A stretch of DNA of 64,000 nt, taken from Selaginella moellendorffii (taxonomy: Eukaryota; Plantae; Lycopodiophyta). The stretch covers positions 749,955-813,954 of the forward strand of contig NW_003314275.1 in NCBI RefSeq assembly GCF_000143415.4. Reading direction: 5' to 3'. Shown piece by piece: positions 60,001-64,000 of the stretch. Under the pieces are notes generated by a model that did not search any database, had not been told where the DNA came from, and was given only the letters and a program-made list of their open reading frames with translations. How positions within the stretch are numbered: the stretch's first letter is position 1; each line of letters starts with the position of its first letter. The translations under genes and the position numbers were made by a program.

Positions 60001-63000
60001 TTCCCCTTTCGCAGGTTATCATTGAAATGCACCTTGATGGCCGCATCCAACGCTTCCTTGTAGTTGGTCGGGTTCCAGCGCATCACCTCACCGCGAGCCC
60101 AGGTTTGCAAACCTGATATAAAGGCATGGAATGCATCCATATCCCCCATGTCCGTGACAAGTATCCTCTTTGCCATGAACCCATTCACATATTCCTGGAT
60201 GGTTCCAGTCTGCTTCAGCCTACTCAGCTCATCTCTCAGATGCAGAGTGGCATTCGGAGGAACGTATGTCGCGCGGATCCTCGCCTTCATCATGTCCCAG
60301 GTGGCCACCGGTCCTTCGTTGGCCTCCGTTGTTCTCCACCAAGACTTGGCATTATCTGCCAAGTATGGTTTTGCACATGGGACCTTCTCCGAGCTCGGTA
60401 ACCGCAACGCTCGGAAGTAGTCCTCCATATCGTAAAACCAATCCTCCACAACCTTATAGTCGTTCACTCCCTTGAACACCGGTGGGGGCTTTGGTTTGTA
60501 CTTGGGAACTGCCTGAGGGACTGATTCCACTTCGGTCTGTTCGACCTTGTCTGGTTTTGCCTCATTCCCTGCCGAAGGGTCCGCACCTTCTGCGCTGCCA
60601 GCATCCGCAGTCTTTCGCTTTTTCTTCCGCTTCTCGTCACGCTTTAACTTGCGTACGAGAGTCTCCAGCAAGGCATTGGTCTGTGCCAACTGTCCTTCTA
60701 GCACGTCCAATCGAGCCTTGGACGACCGAACCTCGCCACCGGACTCCTGTTTGGAAGTTCCTCACTGGAGTCCTCCTCATGCAAGGATTCCTCATCCATA
60801 GCCTCTTGTTCAACCAGAGGCTCCAGCTCCGGCGGAGGTTCCGTCTCCGCCTGGGTTCGCTTACGCCCTACCCTTGCCATCTCCCAGCAATCCACCTCTA
60901 TCCTTCGCTAGAACTGAGATAAAGGTTCCGATACCAAATTGTAAGCCACAAATTTTTTCTTTCCAATTTGCCAGCTTACCTCACCTATCCGTCCAACACC
61001 GCCTTGGCTTTTGCTAAGTTCCCTTGCCAAGGTTCTCGCCTATGGTACCAGCTCCTACTTGGTCTCAGCTACTCACTGCACGAGCAACGGAGTGTTAGCC
61101 ATCCATCCACGGATTCCCAAATCACTCCCAATCCCCCTCCCTGGGTTAGACTGGACTTAAGGTTCGGCTACACTCCCCGCAAGCACAAGTAGCCAAGCAC
61201 ACCAAGCTTCCAGGTTCCTAACATCCTTTGGTACCACAAGACTTGATCATGGGACCCTCTAAATCCCAAGTCTTGAGTGCAACACTTGCTTCGGGACGCC
61301 GGGGCGAAACACTGTGGCCTAGCGGCCCGGTATGGGTACCTCTTGCCCCCCACTTCCATCCCGAAGGAAGGCCCAAGCCCCTAGGAAGGGCGAGGACCAA
61401 TGAGCCGCATGGTACTCAAGTGGGGCACCACTCCACATGAGCCGGGAGCACCACAATCGGTTTCCCTTTCGGGAGTGGGAGCTGCTCTTGAGCACTTCCT
61501 TGGATGGCCCCTCCGGCACCAACCAAGTCCATGCTCACTCCCACCCAAGGCCCCTCGGTCCCAGTCCCAACCTCAAGTCAATTTGGGAGCCCCACTGGAG
61601 AGTCCCTTCTAAACTGGTTCCTGGACCTCACTATCCCTACTATACTTTTGGAACCCCCTGCAGCCCCCCCCCCCCCCTGGGAGACGCACGCTTTGGGCTT
61701 TCACCCCTTGACCCGTATTAGTATTTGGACTTAGTCTCTGGCTCGATCTCGGACCCGATTTCGGATCCAACTTCGGATTCGGTCTCGGACTCGATCTCGG
61801 ACTCGATCTCGGACCCGATCTCGGACCCGACCTCGGACTCGACCTCGGACTCGGTCTCGGACCCGATTTCGGATCTCGGACTCCGTCTCGAACTTGGTCT
61901 CGAACTCGGACTTGAACTCGGTCCCCGAGTCGGTCTTGGACTCGATTCCGGACTCTATCTTGAACTCGGTCCTAGAGTCGGTCTTGGACTCGATCTTCGA
62001 CTTGGTCCCATCCGATGAACTCTTTGTCATTTTGGTCATTCTTTCGGGGTTCCTTTAGCCTACGACACCTCGGCGAGTTGGTTCCTTACAATCACCTCCT
62101 CAACTCAATGAGGAAAACCTTGCACTATTCCCAAGATCCCAAAGTCGTTCCATTATTGGCCCCTTTTCTATCCACCACCTTGTCTACAAGTTCACACATG
62201 AACTGTAATGGAGAGCCATGTCTTCCCGACCTGCTACTCCTCAAGGATAGGCCCACTTCTCGGACCTTCCGTTGCCAACACCAGTGGTGATATACTTGAG
62301 CACCAATAAAAGTCGGACTAAGGAACAGCTCCGATACCAAGTTGTAAGCGACTAAATTTTCCATTCTACTTTAGTCACTTAACCACACCTCTGACCACTT
62401 GGAGGAGTCTCATTCACAACCTCCATAAGTCCAATCCAGGACTTGGGACTTGCTAGCCCTGAGAATGGCATCCATGCCACTCAACATTTGCACTTGGTCC
62501 AAGTGCTCCACGTGTCCGATCCCATGACCGACACTCAAAGGTACCACCGACATAGCAGCCCGTTACGCTAAGGCCATGCCCAATCACCTTTGCCACACTG
62601 GTAGTCCAATACCACTTGCATCACCGTCTTGGCTCTCCAAGACTAGGCAAACCATCCGTGAGTGGTCATCTCAGATCCACTCCTTAGCATCTTTAGGATG
62701 CCCACCGACAAGGGGAATAGCCTTCCCCAATATCCCTCTGTCAGTCCCCACTAAGTCCCTTTCTGCCCCTGGCCGTGTTTGCCAACACTGCCACTGGATC
62801 GAGACCCACAGGCCCGACCACTAAGTCCCACGGTCCTCTGGGACTTCCTCACCACACGACTGTGTCCTTGGTCACTACCCCAGAGGACTGCTCCTCTTCC
62901 TTTCCACAGTCTGGGCCTTTGGGACAACATTTCGGAACACCGTGGCCTTACGCGAGCCACCTGGGTACTCTCCTCGCCTTCTGCCCTTGGGTGCTCTAGC

Positions 63001-63401
63001 CATGGGCTTAGAGCGGGTTCCGTTGAGCCACACCAGGTATCCAAGTAGGTAGTGCCACCCACACTTGGACTGGGAGCATCGGCCAGTCGATCTCCCGGGG
63101 GAACTAGAGCCGGCTCTTGAACACTTCACCAAGCTACCCCACTTGTCGGTCTGTGTTCACTCTAGTCTTGGACTTCCCAGTGGGCAGCTCATCACCCAAC
63201 ACTGGGTCCGGCCTTCCTGGGCCAAACTGGCCTTTCCTGGCCAAACTGGCTCCACTGCAGTCCTCCCCCTACTATACTTTTGGAGCTCACCAAACCCCCC
63301 AGGGTCTGGGAGACGAACGCTTTGGGCTTTCACCCTCTCAGACTCGAACTCGGACTCGGACTCGGACTCGGCCTCGGCCTCGGTCTCGGTCTTGGTCCCG
63401 A

Positions 63402-63439
<38 letters not shown>

Positions 63440-64000
63440 CCGGTCTCGGTCTCGACTTCGGACTCCATCTCGGGTCCATCTCGGACTCCATCTCGGACTC
63501 CATCTCGGACTCCATCTCGGGTCCATCTCGGACTCCATCTCGGACTCCATTTCGGGTCCATCTCGGGTCCACCTCGGACTCCATCTCGGACTCCATCTCG
63601 GACTCCATCTCGGACTCCATCTCGGGTCCATCTCGGACTCCATCTCGGACTCCATTTCGGGTCCATCTCGGGTCCACCTCGGACTCCATCTCGGACTCCA
63701 TCTCGGACTCCATCTCGGACTCCATTTCGGGTCCATCTCGGGTCCACCTCGGACTCCATCTCGGACTCCATCTCGAGTCCATCTCGGACACTTCCACGTG
63801 TCATGTGTTGGTCCTTTTGGGTCCCTTTTTAGAGCCTCGCTTTTTGCTCGCTTCGTGCTCGTTCCTCGAGCACTTCGTTGGGAGTTCCACTCCCGCTCTT
63901 GACTTTTCAAGTCGGAGCTTTTGGTCCAAACGTGTTACGCTCGTTTGGCTCTCGCTTCGGCCACTACCATGTGGCGCCCTTCCGGCTCCACTTTGGGGCC

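Larger units (their letters stand above)
56106..60880 (-). pseudogene. gag-pol polyprotein (Gag, CCHC, PR, RT, RNase H, IN, chromodomain) with two introns; this copy has one frameshift and two TGA stops
   Basis: [14 protein letters not shown]; LIDTGA; YIDD; DASD; HHCC; MDFI/SDRD; GPY; EYEVEAIL..FHVKWKGF..TWEPEENL. Frameshift ~60760; TGA at 56421-56423 and 56262-56264. Confidence 0.92.
54553..62090 (-). mobile_element. Full-length chromovirus (Ty3/gypsy) nested in the outer element; LTRs 54553-55701 and 60940-62090, TSD ATCAC
   Basis: TG..CA LTRs ~98% identical by eye; ATCAC at 54548-54552 and 62091-62095; PBS TGGTATCGGAAC; PPT GGGTGGTGGAGT. Confidence 0.97.
48926..64000 (-). mobile_element. 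Outer non-coding (non-autonomous/LARD-like) gypsy-type LTR element; 3' LTR 48926-50638, 5' LTR 62343 to beyond window end
   Basis: TG..CA LTR of ~1.7 kb; PBS TGGTATCGGAGC (tRNA-iMet type) next to 62343; PPT GGGTGGTGGAGT next to 50638; internal ~4.2 kb without long ORF. Confidence 0.9.

Noticed and set aside
60740-60780. Programmed frameshift at the start of gag
   Set aside because: No slippery heptamer and an odd position; a 1-nt deletion is simpler.

Overview
Eukaryotic nuclear DNA from a land plant with very compact genes (introns mostly ~50-75 nt, many PLS-class PPR genes, a cyanovirin-N homolog). This combination suggests a lycophyte such as Selaginella (inference). The left ~37 kb is gene-dense: a retrotransposon-shattered METTL13-like pseudogene, F-box genes and pseudogenes, a secreted CVNH lectin, two head-to-head PPR genes, ATRX, an SMP/LEA gene with an ABRE-CE3-DRE promoter, a FORKED-like gene, a patchwork tandem duplication, a Tat-targeted thylakoid-lumen protein gene, tRNA-Asp, three C/D snoRNAs and KTI12 with a U12-type AT-AC intron. 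The right part has AT-rich DNA, a fossil LTR element, a CYP71-clan P450, a PPR pseudogene and a nested pair of related Ty3/gypsy elements. Top finding: the inner chromovirus (54553-62090, TSD ATCAC) carries two host-sized GT-AG introns (47 and 52 nt) inside its integrase. Removing them precisely restores HPQTDGQT and KLTQRFAGPY; retaining them gives stops before the catalytic Glu position or before the GPY/F and chromodomain. This points to an intron-retaining LTR retrotransposon with a possible splicing switch on integrase activity and targeting. All alignments and counts were done by eye.
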